Shown: piece after piece, positions 38,062 to 47,783 of the stretch
Layout of the letters: the number at the start of each line of letters is the position of its first letter
Numbering within the stretch: the first letter of the stretch is position 1
NCBI GenBank assembly: GCA_028821115.1
Contig: JAPPHF010000078.1
Span: 1,054-65,053, forward strand
DNA length: 64,000 nt
Direction of reading: 5' to 3'
From: Deltaproteobacteria bacterium
Lineage (GTDB): Bacteria > Desulfobacterota > Binatia > UBA9968 > JAJDTQ01
Notes under the pieces: generated by a model
What the model saw: the letters and a program-made list of their open reading frames with translations, nothing else
What the model was told of the DNA's origin: nothing
The model's database searches: none
Translations under genes and position numbers: made by a program

Positions 38062-39531
38062 ATGCTTGATGCTGCCTGGCAGGGCCTCACCGGCATACTC
38101 GCCCTCGAGCCCATGCTCCTCCTCCTCTTCGGCGTGCTCCTGGGCACCTGGGGCGGCGCCCTGCCGGGCGTAGGCGGGCCGTCGCAGCTCGCCGTCCTCC
38201 TGCCTTTCGCGATGGTGATGGAGCCCTTCAACGCCATCGCCTTCCTCATCGGCGTCACCACCGTGGGCAACACCGGCAACACCTTCACCTCCGTGCTGGT
38301 GGCCGTGCCCGGCGGGTCCGGCGCCCAGGCCACGGTGCTGGACGGCTACCCCATGGCCCGGAACGGGGAAGCCGCCCGGGCCTTGAGCGCGGCCTTCATG
38401 GTGTCGATGCTCGGTGGCATCTTCGGCGCCTTCGTGCTCTTCGCTTCCCTGCCGGTGCTGCGGGAGATCGTCCGCAGCTTCGGCTCCCCCGAGCTGTTCA
38501 TGTTCACCATCTGGGGCCTCAGCATGCTGGGGACCATCAGCTCCGGCGCGCCCCTCAAGGGGCTGACCGCGGGCATCCTCGGCGTCCTCCTCTCCACCAT
38601 CGGGCAGGACGACAAGTCGGGGGTGATCCGCTTCGACGTCGGGCTGCCCTATCTCTGGGACGGCGTCAGCGTGGTGCTCATCTCGCTCAGCATCTTCGCC
38701 ATCCCGGAGATGATTGCGCTGGCCGGGCGCAAGGGGCGCGTGGCCGAGATCCAGAAGCTCGGCAGCGGTCTCTTGCAGGGCATCAGGGACGCCTTCCGTC
38801 ACTGGTGGCTCATGATCCGCTGCTCGGCTATCGGCGTCTGGGTGGGGGTGCTGCCCGGCCTCGGCAGCGACGTCGCCGACTGGTTCGCCTACGCCCACGC
38901 GCGCCAGACGGAACGAAACAGCGAGAGCTTCGGACGCGGTGACGTGCGCGGAGTCATCGCGCCCGAGTCCTCCAACAACGCCAAGGAGGGTGGGGCCCTC
39001 ATCACCACGCTGGCGTTCGGCATTCCCGGCAGCACCTCCATGGCGCTGCTGCTCATCGCCTTCGTGGCGGTGGGCCTGACCCCCGGCCCGGAGATGCTCA
39101 CCGACCAGTTGGGCTTCGTCTTCAGCATCATCTGGGCGCTGGTGTTCTCCCAGATCCTCGCCTCGGCGGTGTGCTGGATCCTGGTGAAGCCGGCCGCGCG
39201 CATCTGCTTCCTGCCGTTCTACGTGCTGGTGCCGTTCATCGTGGCGCTGGCATTTCTGAGCGCCTTCGCGGCCAACTTCGACATCGGCGACCTGGTGGCG
39301 TTGCTGTCGCTCTCGCTGCTGGGCTATCTGTTGAAGACCTTTGGCTGGCCCCGGGCGCCGGTCGTTCTCGGCTTCGTCCTGGGCCGGAAGATGGAGCTCT
39401 ACCTGTGGCTGTCGGTGGCGCGCTACGGCATGGAGTGGGTGTTCCGCCCCGGCGTCGTCATCCTGTTCCTGCTGGTGCTGGGGACGCTGGTGTATCCGGT
39501 GATCCGGGCCCGGCGCGCCGAGGCTTCGTGA
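38062..39531 (+). CDS. tctA: TTT large permease subunit
   Basis: 489 aa polytopic protein colinear with the 34346 ORF (GSGAQATVLDGYPM, GDVRGVIAPESSNNAKEGG). Confidence 0.9.
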   Translation: MLDAAWQGLTGILALEPMLLLLFGVLLGTWGGALPGVGGPSQLAVLLPFAMVMEPFNAIAFLIGVTTVGNTGNTFTSVLVAVPGGSGAQATVLDGYPMARNGEAARALSAAFMVSMLGGIFGAFVLFASLPVLREIVRSFGSPELFMFTIWGLSMLGTISSGAPLKGLTAGILGVLLSTIGQDDKSGVIRFDVGLPYLWDGVSVVLISLSIFAIPEMIALAGRKGRVAEIQKLGSGLLQGIRDAFRHWWLMIRCSAIGVWVGVLPGLGSDVADWFAYAHARQTERNSESFGRGDVRGVIAPESSNNAKEGGALITTLAFGIPGSTSMALLLIAFVAVGLTPGPEMLTDQLGFVFSIIWALVFSQILASAVCWILVKPAARICFLPFYVLVPFIVALAFLSAFAANFDIGDLVALLSLSLLGYLLKTFGWPRAPVVLGFVLGRKMELYLWLSVARYGMEWVFRPGVVILFLLVLGTLVYPVIRARRAEAS

Positions 39532-39541
39532 GGGGCGGTCC

Positions 39542-40018
39542 ATGAGATTCAGGCCCACGGACTACTTCACGCTTTTCATCGGGCTCGCCATCCTGGCGGC
39601 CATGATCGCGGCCTGGGACTGGCCGCTACGCGCCTCCATCATCATCCTGGTGCTGGGCAGCGCCGGGCTGGTGATGGTGGCGGCTCAACTGGCGCTGGAT
39701 TTGACCCGCAACCGCAAGCGCGCCGCAGAGCCGAAGCTGGCTTTCGAGATCCCGTCCTTCGAGGAATCCGACCCCGGGACGTTCCAGCGCGGCACCCTGG
39801 AGATCTGGGGCTGGCTGGTCGGGTTGCTTGTGACGGTCCTGCTGATCGGTCTGCCCGCGGCCCTGGTCCTGTTCGTGTTCCTCTACATGAGGACCTACGG
39901 CGCGGGCTGGTTTCTGTCCCTCGGCATGGCGGCGGCCATCGCCGCCTTCGAGTACGGCGTCTACGACCGCATCATGCACGTCTACTGGCCGGAGGCGCTG
40001 ATCTGGCGCCTACTGTAG
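39542..40018 (+). CDS. tctB: TTT small membrane subunit
   Basis: 158 aa, 4 predicted TM helices, immediately after tctA. Confidence 0.75.
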   Translation: MRFRPTDYFTLFIGLAILAAMIAAWDWPLRASIIILVLGSAGLVMVAAQLALDLTRNRKRAAEPKLAFEIPSFEESDPGTFQRGTLEIWGWLVGLLVTVLLIGLPAALVLFVFLYMRTYGAGWFLSLGMAAAIAAFEYGVYDRIMHVYWPEALIWRLL

Positions 40019-40049
40019 GGGCGGATTTCCCCAAAGTCGGGGACAATTC

Positions 40050-41207
40050 CTACTGTTGACGCCGAGCCTTGGGAGCGCGGGCCAAAGGGCCCACCAGCCG
40101 CACCAACTCCGCCTGCCGCGAGAGCCCGTGTTTTGCGAAAATGTGCTTCACGTGCGAGCGGATGGTGCTCTCCTTGCGGCCCGTGGTCGTTGCGATCTCG
40201 CGCACGCTCATGCCCTGGGCGAGCAGAACCGCGACCCGGCTCTCCATCCCGGTGAGGTCGAGAGCCGCCGCAACCACGGCGGGGTCGGAGGCGACCCCAC
40301 TCACCGGGTCTACGACCAGCACCAGCGCCGCCACCGGCGAGAACGGAAAGTCTGTCTTCTCCCATTCCACCGGATGCACATGCAGCACCAGCGGCGGCAG
40401 GTTGTCCTCACGTCTCACGATCGTCGACCCGCCGGCGCCCCGAACCCCGAATGGCGGCAACGCGCGGTTCAGGAGCCTTTGGAGATCGTCGTTGTCCCGT
40501 TGCAAACGGGCGAACAGCAACCCGTCCCTGTCGAGCACGCCGTCGCCGGTCCGCAGCAGATCCCGCGCCTGGTCGTTCACCGCCACGACCCGCCCGCGCC
40601 CGTCGAGGTGCATGACGCCCAGCCCGGAGACCTCAAGCAGCTCCGTGAGCGTCTCCGCCAGGGCGCCCGCGCCGGCCAGAGTCTGCTGCACACGCACAAC
40701 GTGACGGATGTGCGGAAGGAGATCCCAAATCCGGTCGAGTTGCTCTGACGACCAGCCGTCCCCGTCCACCGGGTCGCTGACTTGCCACAGGATGCGCAAG
40801 CGGTTGGACCCGCGGAGCCGCACTTCGATCGCATTCCCGGCATGGGCATGGGTCCGGTGCGCGTTGTACGCTTCGGAGGTCTTCAGCTCCTTCTCGGTGT
40901 AGAAGTCGGTGATGTGAAACAACCGGTTGAAGGGCGAACGCAGCACGCGGGGTATTTGTTCGTCCAGGGGATAGTAGGTCTCAAAGTAAAGACGCTCCAA
41001 TTCCGGGTGCCGTTCTCCACGGAGGCAGATCCATGCAGAATAGAACCGGATGTCCTCTGCCGACTCGCCGTCGGCACACACCAGGCTGCTGCCGTGGGTG
41101 CCGAGGGCCTCGTCGATCAGCAAGGATGCGCCCGGCCAGCGGGCAGGGTCGAGCGCCGCCTCGTGCAGCGAAGCGAGGATGCGCTCAAAGGTCCCCTCTT
41201 CGTTCAT
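40050..41207 (-). CDS. LuxR-family transcriptional regulator (C-terminal HTH, uncharacterised N-terminal sensor region)
   Basis: C-terminal LTGMESRVAVLLAQGMSVREIATTTGRKESTIRSHVKHIFAKHG LuxR/GerE HTH. Confidence 0.85.
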   Translation of the reverse strand: MNEEGTFERILASLHEAALDPARWPGASLLIDEALGTHGSSLVCADGESAEDIRFYSAWICLRGERHPELERLYFETYYPLDEQIPRVLRSPFNRLFHITDFYTEKELKTSEAYNAHRTHAHAGNAIEVRLRGSNRLRILWQVSDPVDGDGWSSEQLDRIWDLLPHIRHVVRVQQTLAGAGALAETLTELLEVSGLGVMHLDGRGRVVAVNDQARDLLRTGDGVLDRDGLLFARLQRDNDDLQRLLNRALPPFGVRGAGGSTIVRREDNLPPLVLHVHPVEWEKTDFPFSPVAALVLVVDPVSGVASDPAVVAAALDLTGMESRVAVLLAQGMSVREIATTTGRKESTIRSHVKHIFAKHGLSRQAELVRLVGPLARAPKARRQQ

Positions 41208-41243
41208 GACCGCAAGAGTAAGTGGTTTACGCGTTCTTGCGCA

Positions 41244-41259
41244 TCCCCAATATTGGGGA
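41244..41259. promoter_or_regulatory. perfect 16-bp palindrome TCCCCAATATTGGGGA, candidate operator
   Basis: Located 37-52 nt upstream of the LuxR-family gene start. Confidence 0.35.
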
Positions 41260-41399
41260 GATTTGGCTATATCTCTGCCGTGCCTCGGCGGGCTGGTCGG
41301 GAGTCGGAAGTCATGGTGAAGTAACCGAACAAAACCGACGACGCGTTTGCGCCGTGTTGTCTTGGTGTTGATTTCTCTTGGCAGGGACGGGCGGGTTCT

Positions 41400-42332
41400 T
41401 CAGCCGGAACCCCCCCACACCCCGTCGATGTAGCCGCTGTCGTCGATCTCCCGCAGGTAGTGCAGGTCCCACATGGCCAGGGGATTGAAGCCTTCCACCT
41501 CGGGGTGGCGCCGGACCGCCAGCGCGAAGACGTTGCGGATGGCGTCCAGGGTCGGGTAGGGCTTGGGCTCCAGCGTGAGGACCTGCTCGTCGTAAAACGC
41601 CGCGAGCTCTTCGTCCGATTCGTACTTGTCGCCGCAGTGGGTCTTGATGATCTCCAGGGTCTCTTCCCGGTGGGTCTTGAAGAAGTGGACGGCGTCCACC
41701 AGGGCACGGATCAGGGCGCGGACCTCCTCGGGATGACCGTCCACGTAGGTCGTGGTGGTGGTGAGGGTGACGCCCTCGATCATGGCCATGGGCGGAACGT
41801 CGATGAGCGTGGCGCCCAGGGCGCGGGCGCGCAGCTTGTCCACCGCGCGCACGAAGGTGGCGCCGTACTCGCCCGACATGACGCCGCGGACGCGTTCCCG
41901 GCCATCCTTGGGCCCCTCCACCAGCTCCACGTCGCGGCCTTCCTCCAGGCCGTGGAGCCTCAGGTAGAGCCACACGTTGAGCCCGGTGTGGCCGTCGAAG
42001 TCGTCCATCACCACCCGCTTGCCCTTGAGGTCCGCGAGGCCGCCGACGCCGTCTCCCGCCACCAGGCAGTTCTCGCGCCACTGGTTGTTGGGCTGGGCCA
42101 GGTGGACGAAAGGCTCGTTGTGCCGCGCCCGGCGCACGTAGAGGTTGTGGTGGTTGCCGGAGACGATGTCGATCTCCCCGCCCCGGAGCCCCTGCATGGC
42201 CTTGCCGCGCATGCCTTCCATGGAGCCGAAGTCCATGGCCGCGCCGTGGCGCTCGAGAAAGCCGCCGTGCTCCATGACCTTCCAAAGCGGCACGTGGCTG
42301 GAGGCCCGGTAGTAGATACGCATCTTTTCCAT
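41400..42332 (-). CDS. NMT1/THI5-like (SsuA-type periplasmic-binding-fold) protein without signal peptide
   Basis: About 310 aa; SBP type-2 fold sequence; N-terminus lacks a signal sequence. Confidence 0.65.
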   Translation of the reverse strand: MEKMRIYYRASSHVPLWKVMEHGGFLERHGAAMDFGSMEGMRGKAMQGLRGGEIDIVSGNHHNLYVRRARHNEPFVHLAQPNNQWRENCLVAGDGVGGLADLKGKRVVMDDFDGHTGLNVWLYLRLHGLEEGRDVELVEGPKDGRERVRGVMSGEYGATFVRAVDKLRARALGATLIDVPPMAMIEGVTLTTTTTYVDGHPEEVRALIRALVDAVHFFKTHREETLEIIKTHCGDKYESDEELAAFYDEQVLTLEPKPYPTLDAIRNVFALAVRRHPEVEGFNPLAMWDLHYLREIDDSGYIDGVWGGSG

Positions 42333-42369
42333 GGTCGGTTCCCGTTACGGATGAGTCGCGGGCGGGCCG

Positions 42370-43443
42370 TCAGCCCGTCACCGCCGCCATCCTCGATTGC
42401 AGTCCTTCCCTGGCGAGCTCCGACTCGAAGATCTCACGGATCCGCGGATCCTCGTCCTCGTACTCGATCTGGTCGCCGCCTTCCTTGACGCTCTTGTCCG
42501 TGCCGAAGCCCTTCTCGCGCATGGGAAACTTGCGGCTGTTCCAGCGCAGCGCCAGGTACCGGGCCGGCGTGCCCCCGGAGTTGAAGTGCTGGTGGAACCA
42601 CATCTCCGGCGGCACGATCACGCTACGCTCGTGCCAGTCGAACTTCTGGATGTCCGACCCGCCGGGCCACATGAGCGAAAACCCGTTACCGCCGAGGATC
42701 ACCACATGGGCGCCGGGGCCGTGCCGGTGGGCCTTCTTGTAGGTACCCACCGGAAACTCGGCGATGTGCGCGGTCATGGAGTTCTCGGACAGCTCGATCC
42801 CCAGGAACCGCCCGCCGGCTCCCCGGTTCTCGCGGACGTACAGCTCGATGGAGCGCACGTCGGCGATGAAGTTGGTGTCCCACACCTTGATGGCGCGGAA
42901 GTCGTACTGCTCGCCCTTGCCGGAGAAATAGTCCTCGGGGCTGCTGAAGCGGTCGTCGAAGGTGAAATGGTTGTCGAAGACGAAGTCCGGGTTGTGGAAC
43001 AGGTTGATGACCAGCGGCGCGGAGGTGACCGCGAAGAAGCGCGCGGGCTCCGAGCCGCTGCCGTTGAAGTGCTGGCGCCAGGTGTTGAGGGGAGGGGAGA
43101 ACACGCTGCCGGTGCCCCACTCGAAGGTGCTCTTCTTGCCGTCCTCGTTCCACACCGAGGTGGCGCCGTGGCCGCTCACCACGTAGATCATTTCCTCGAA
43201 CAGGTAACGCTGGGGATGCAGGCTCTTGCCCGGCGGGATCTCGCAGATGTAGGAGTCGTTGCTCTCGCCGGTTCCGATGAGGTTCAGGTAGGCGCCCAGG
43301 CCGCCCTTCCATTCCCACGGCTCGAGCTCCACCGTCCCCAGGTCCTTCACGTAGAACTCCTTGAGGACCGGTATCCCCTGGGACGCGATCCACTTCTGGT
43401 ACGGAGTGTTTCCGCCCAGCTCGGCCTTCTGACCCTTCAGCAC
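42370..43443 (-). CDS. bicupin protein (gentisate 1,2-dioxygenase-like superfamily)
   Basis: Two cupin modules; the HRHGPGAHV metal motif occurs only in the C-terminal module; GTG 43443 preceded by AAAGGAG. Confidence 0.7.
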   Translation of the reverse strand: MLKGQKAELGGNTPYQKWIASQGIPVLKEFYVKDLGTVELEPWEWKGGLGAYLNLIGTGESNDSYICEIPPGKSLHPQRYLFEEMIYVVSGHGATSVWNEDGKKSTFEWGTGSVFSPPLNTWRQHFNGSGSEPARFFAVTSAPLVINLFHNPDFVFDNHFTFDDRFSSPEDYFSGKGEQYDFRAIKVWDTNFIADVRSIELYVRENRGAGGRFLGIELSENSMTAHIAEFPVGTYKKAHRHGPGAHVVILGGNGFSLMWPGGSDIQKFDWHERSVIVPPEMWFHQHFNSGGTPARYLALRWNSRKFPMREKGFGTDKSVKEGGDQIEYEDEDPRIREIFESELAREGLQSRMAAVTG

Positions 43444-43565
43444 GTCGCGCGCTCCTTTCTGCGTTAGGTCGATTAGGCTATACCGTTGCCGGGTCGAAGA
43501 ATCAACGCGATGCGTGCGTGAGGGGCGGCGCGTCCTGCGTTCTATCACCGGCCCGCCACCCATTC

Positions 43566-44831
43566 ATGCTCCGAAGAATCAAAGACGGGTTGCAACGGGC
43601 AGGTGGATCACTCGCATACCGCGAGTTCCGGCTGTTCTACGTAGCGGTGGTGAGCGCTTCCATGGGCAACCAGATCCAGCGGATCGTCGACCTGTGGGTG
43701 GTGTACGAGATGACCGGCTCGACGGCCTACCTGGCGCTCACCGGTCTGGCCCGCGGCATTCCCATTATCGTGTTCTCCCTGGCCGGCGGCCTTATCGCCG
43801 ACCGTATCGACCGCAAGAGTTTCATCATGGTGATGCAGCTCGGCAGCGCGGCGGCGAACCTGCTGCTGGCCGCGCTGATCGTCACCGGGGCGGTCCAGTT
43901 GTGGCACATCCTGGTCATCTCCATGGTGAGCTCGTCTTTCGTGGCCATCAGCGCACCTGCCCGTACCGCCATCACGCCCGCGCTGGTGCCGCGGAACCTG
44001 CTGGTCAACGCCTTCGCCTTCACCGGCACAGCGTGGAAGCTGGCGCAGATCATCGGCCCGGCGCTGGCGGGGCCCATGATCGCCGTCGCCGGCAGCGGCG
44101 TGACCTATGGATTCAACGGCTGCGTCTATCTCTTGAGCGCCGGGGTGCTGCTGTTCATGAGCTACCGCTCGGTCCCCGCCACAACCGGCCAGTCCGCGCT
44201 CAAGAGCTTGGTGGAGGCGCTGTCGTTCGTCAAGCGGGAATCGGTCATCGCGGTGCTGGTGTCCATGGACGTGGTGGCGGTATTCTTCGGTGCCTACCGG
44301 ATCCTTCTGCCGGTGATCGCGGTGGATCTCGGCATGGGCGCCGCAGGCTTCGGCCTGTTCTCGTCGGCGCCCGCGGTGGGAGCGATCCTCGGCGCGGCCG
44401 CGATCATGGCGTGCGGAGACATGCGCTACAAGGGTCTGGTGGTGGCCGGAGGCATCCTCGGCTACGCCGCCTGCCTCGCGGGTCTCGCGCTGTCGCCGTG
44501 GTTTCTCATGTCGCTGGCCGTGGTGACGTTGCTGGGGGTCTTCGACGCCGTCCAGACCATCCCGCGCAATGCGGTGATCCAGTTGCTGACCCCGGACCCG
44601 CTGCGGGGCCGCGTGTCGAGCTTCACCCGCATGCTGAGCGTCGGCATGCCCGGTCTCGGCGAGGCGCAGATGGGGGTAGTGGCCGCCGTCCTGGGCTCGG
44701 CCGCCACGCTGCTCCTGGCCGCCGCCCTCTGCGCCGGCGCCACCCTGGGCATGCTCGGCTGGCGCCGCGACCTGCGCGGGGCCGACTTGGGGGATTCCCC
44801 ACGGCTTGACTCCGCGCCCGCCGGTCAATAA
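43566..44831 (+). CDS. MFS transporter
   Basis: 12 predicted TM helices, LAGGLIADRIDRK loop motif; ATG 43566. Confidence 0.85.
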   Translation: MLRRIKDGLQRAGGSLAYREFRLFYVAVVSASMGNQIQRIVDLWVVYEMTGSTAYLALTGLARGIPIIVFSLAGGLIADRIDRKSFIMVMQLGSAAANLLLAALIVTGAVQLWHILVISMVSSSFVAISAPARTAITPALVPRNLLVNAFAFTGTAWKLAQIIGPALAGPMIAVAGSGVTYGFNGCVYLLSAGVLLFMSYRSVPATTGQSALKSLVEALSFVKRESVIAVLVSMDVVAVFFGAYRILLPVIAVDLGMGAAGFGLFSSAPAVGAILGAAAIMACGDMRYKGLVVAGGILGYAACLAGLALSPWFLMSLAVVTLLGVFDAVQTIPRNAVIQLLTPDPLRGRVSSFTRMLSVGMPGLGEAQMGVVAAVLGSAATLLLAAALCAGATLGMLGWRRDLRGADLGDSPRLDSAPAGQ

Positions 44832-44908
44832 GAGAACAGCCTGGTGGCCTATACCGGCAGAGCCGGGAAAAGGGCCGTATGGCCGTTGATGACAAGGAGG
44901 TTCATGAC

Positions 44909-45322
44909 ATGGCAGACCTTTCGCACACGGTGATTCACGAAGCTTCAGGCGAGTTGCTCGCCGAGTTGGCCAACGAAACCGGGCGCCCGGTGTCCTGGGC
45001 GGTGCTCAACCCCCACCGGGAGCTGTTGCACTACACGCGCATGGACGGCGCGCCGTACCGCTCCAGCGTCCTCTCCCACAACAAGGGGTACTCGGCGGTG
45101 TGGTTCGGCCGGGACTCGGTGGAGATCGAGAAGATGGTGGGCACCCGCGGCATCGCCGCCTACGGCGACCCGAACCTGACGTCCATCGGCGGCGGGGTGC
45201 TGATCAAGGACAAGGACGGCGCCGTGGCGGGCGCCATCGGGGTGAGCGGACGCACCATGGAAGAGGACATCGAGGTGGCGGTGCGGCTGGTGGACAAGAT
45301 CAAGGCAAGGGCGGGCCTGTGA
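44909..45322 (+). CDS. GlcG/HbpS-like heme-binding protein (DUF336)
   Basis: GGGVLIKDKDGAVAGAIGVSG motif typical of DUF336; AAGGAGG 8 nt before ATG 44909. Confidence 0.8.
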   Translation: MADLSHTVIHEASGELLAELANETGRPVSWAVLNPHRELLHYTRMDGAPYRSSVLSHNKGYSAVWFGRDSVEIEKMVGTRGIAAYGDPNLTSIGGGVLIKDKDGAVAGAIGVSGRTMEEDIEVAVRLVDKIKARAGL

Positions 45323-45351
45323 GGCCACGGAAGCCAGGGGAGGGAACTCCA

Positions 45352-46383
45352 ATGAAGATGTTTCGTCGCATGATCCTGGGCATCGCGGCGCTGTTCCTGG
45401 TGGCGGGAGCCGCCGGTGCCGCGGATGAGCCGTTCTACAAGGCCAAGACCATCCGCATCGTCGTCGGCTACAGCCCCGGCGGCGGCTTCGACGGATTCTC
45501 TCGCCTCCTGGGCAGGTTCCTCAGCAAGCACGTGCCGGGGAATCCCTCGGTGATCGTGGTCAACATGCCGGGCGCCAGCAGCATGTCCGCGGCGAACCGG
45601 GTCTACGCCATGCAACCGGGCAACGGCCTCACCATCGCGGTGTTCAACGCCGGCACGCTGATCCAGGCGGTGAACCGGGACCCGAGCGTCAAGTTCGACC
45701 CGCGGAAATACATCTGGCTCGGAGATCCGGCCCTCGGGAGCCTTCCCGAGGTGCTATGGGTCCGCAGCGACCTCCCCGTCAAGACCTTCGACGATTTCAG
45801 GAACTCGAAGGAGATCCTGCACTCGGGCTCCACGGGCATCGGCTCCGCGTCCACCGCCGCCACGCAGTTGTTGCGCTATCTGGGTTATCCCATCAAGGCG
45901 ATCATGGGCTATGGCGGCACGGCCAGGGTCATGGCCGCCATGGAGCGGAAAGAGCTGGACGCCCGGGTCATGTCCCAGGCCACCATGCAGGGAACCTACA
46001 AGCGTTACATCGAAAGCGGCCTGGTGCGTCCGATCCTGTCCATCGGCGACGAGCCCAGGCTGAAGGCCATCCCGGGCATCGCCACCATCAAGGACCTGAA
46101 TCTCAACGCCGAGCAGCAGAAGATCGCCGACTTCATGATCGGCACCTGGAAGCTGTTGCGACTTTTCGCCCTGCCGCCCGGGACGCCGCCCGACCGCGTG
46201 GCGACGCTTCGCAAGGCTTTCATGGATACCCTCAACAGCCCCGAGCTGCTCGAGCAGGCCAAGCGCCAGAAGCTCATCATCTCCCCAGCCTCCCCGCTGT
46301 CCGTGGAGAAGACCGTCGCCGGGCTCTACACCGCGTCGCCGGAGCTCCTCGCCAAGTACGACGAGATCGTCAGGGGGAAGTAA
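45352..46383 (+). CDS. TTT-family (Bug/TctC-like) substrate-binding protein, orphan
   Basis: Signal peptide, YKAKTIRIVVGYSPGGGFDGFSR; no adjacent tctA/B. Confidence 0.85.
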   Translation: MKMFRRMILGIAALFLVAGAAGAADEPFYKAKTIRIVVGYSPGGGFDGFSRLLGRFLSKHVPGNPSVIVVNMPGASSMSAANRVYAMQPGNGLTIAVFNAGTLIQAVNRDPSVKFDPRKYIWLGDPALGSLPEVLWVRSDLPVKTFDDFRNSKEILHSGSTGIGSASTAATQLLRYLGYPIKAIMGYGGTARVMAAMERKELDARVMSQATMQGTYKRYIESGLVRPILSIGDEPRLKAIPGIATIKDLNLNAEQQKIADFMIGTWKLLRLFALPPGTPPDRVATLRKAFMDTLNSPELLEQAKRQKLIISPASPLSVEKTVAGLYTASPELLAKYDEIVRGK

Positions 46384-46440
46384 GGGGCGTCCAATCCGAA
46401 CCCGGGTCGCGGAACCGGCGGCAGGCGTCTCCTTGCCGGC

Positions 46441-47493
46441 TCACGCCCGCCTTCTCCGGTCGGCGAGGCCGCGCTCCATGATGTAGCGGCCTGCCGCCCG
46501 CACGCTTTCGGCGGCGGGGATGAAGTCCATGTCCAATAGCGCCCGTGCGCGAGAGCTGTCCAGCTCCTGGCGCCTGCCGAGCAGCGGGATGATGGTGCGG
46601 ATGGAGCGGTCGAAGAGGCCTGCGAGGCGGATCAAGAAATCGGGCGCCGTCCGCAACGGGATTCGTCGTTCAGGGTAGGCCGCCTTCAGGATCTCGGCGA
46701 TCTCGGTGATCCACATGAACTCAGCGGCCCCGATGAGCCGTTTCCCCGGCGCGCCCGCCGCCGTCATGGCGCGCACGTGCATGCGGGCGACATCGGTGAC
46801 GTCGACGATCCCCATGCCCACCTTCGGAAGCAGGGGGTCCTTCCCTCGGAGCAGCCTTTCCACCACGCGCAGCGAGGTGCCATAGAAGTCGTCGAGGGGG
46901 CGGCCCAGCACGAGACATGGGTTGATCGCCGTTAGCTGCATGTCCGGCGCTTCGTTCTCCACGAAATCCCACGCCGCCCGCTCGGCCAGGGTCTTCGATT
47001 TCGTGTAGGGCGACATCCCCGTCCATGACGGATCGCTCCAGTCTGATTCGTCGAAATTGTCCTTTTCGAGGCCCGGGGGCCGGTGGGTGACCGCCGCGGT
47101 GGACGATGTCAACACCACGCGGCGGATGCTGGCCGTATGGGCCGTCCGCAGCGCCCTCAGGGTACCTTCCACCGCGGGCCGCACCAGTTCGTTCTCGTCA
47201 CGCGGTTGCTTCATGGGCAGGGGGGACGCCGTGTGCATCAGCACGTCCACGCCCGACATGGCTTCCTGCCAGCCGGTGTCCCTGGAGAGATCCAGCGTGA
47301 CGAAGCGAAGGCGCTCGTCGAGGTCCGGGCCGGAGGGGAGATGCGCCCGCACCGCCGCCCGGACTTCGTCCCGGCGCGAATCCGACCGCAGCGAGCCCAC
47401 CACGCGATAGCCCGCCGTCAGCAGCTCCAGCACCACGTGCTTGGCGATGAAACCGCTCGCGCCCGTGACCAGCACGGTGGTCGGATCATTCAT
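46441..47493 (-). CDS. NAD-dependent epimerase/dehydratase (aldehyde/dihydroflavonol reductase-like extended SDR)
   Basis: VLVTGASGFIAKHVV Rossmann motif, YTKSK catalytic motif. Confidence 0.85.
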   Translation of the reverse strand: MNDPTTVLVTGASGFIAKHVVLELLTAGYRVVGSLRSDSRRDEVRAAVRAHLPSGPDLDERLRFVTLDLSRDTGWQEAMSGVDVLMHTASPLPMKQPRDENELVRPAVEGTLRALRTAHTASIRRVVLTSSTAAVTHRPPGLEKDNFDESDWSDPSWTGMSPYTKSKTLAERAAWDFVENEAPDMQLTAINPCLVLGRPLDDFYGTSLRVVERLLRGKDPLLPKVGMGIVDVTDVARMHVRAMTAAGAPGKRLIGAAEFMWITEIAEILKAAYPERRIPLRTAPDFLIRLAGLFDRSIRTIIPLLGRRQELDSSRARALLDMDFIPAAESVRAAGRYIMERGLADRRRRA

Positions 47494-47783
47494 GCGTTCT
47501 CCCGCGCCGGTAGGGTCCTGAGCCGGACTCCGCGGCCACGTGCAGGAACGCGGGATGGCTGATGGATCGGTAGGGGAAGTGTATCTTGTCCATATCTCCC
47601 TCGCTTGAGATCGATGGGTCGCGAGCCCTGATCCTATACATCAGCCGCCCTGGCGGTGCGAACTCCCGGGCGCCCTCCGGGGTTGAACCGCAACACTGAA
47701 GGGGAGTAAATGGGAGGATACCTGGAAGACAGGCTCTGCGCCGCTGGTGTCCTTGCGGCGCCCCAACGCGCTGGGAGGACCTT

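Noticed and set aside
36940-39558. 872-aa ORF antisense to the second tctC/tctA locus, plus similar giants (24918-27716 minus, 25169-27760 plus, 7932-9848 minus, 1417-2862 minus, 2340-3959 minus, 50663-52237 minus)
   Set aside because: Their translations are low-complexity Arg/Gly/Pro/His/Ala-rich with no family resemblance. They overlap confidently identified genes on the other strand or frame. Long stop-free alternative frames are expected at this GC content.
47490-47593. 35-codon minus-strand ORF (MDKIHFPYRS...) upstream of and overlapping the epimerase start
   Set aside because: It is too short, has no SD and no conservation evidence, and is likely just 5' UTR.
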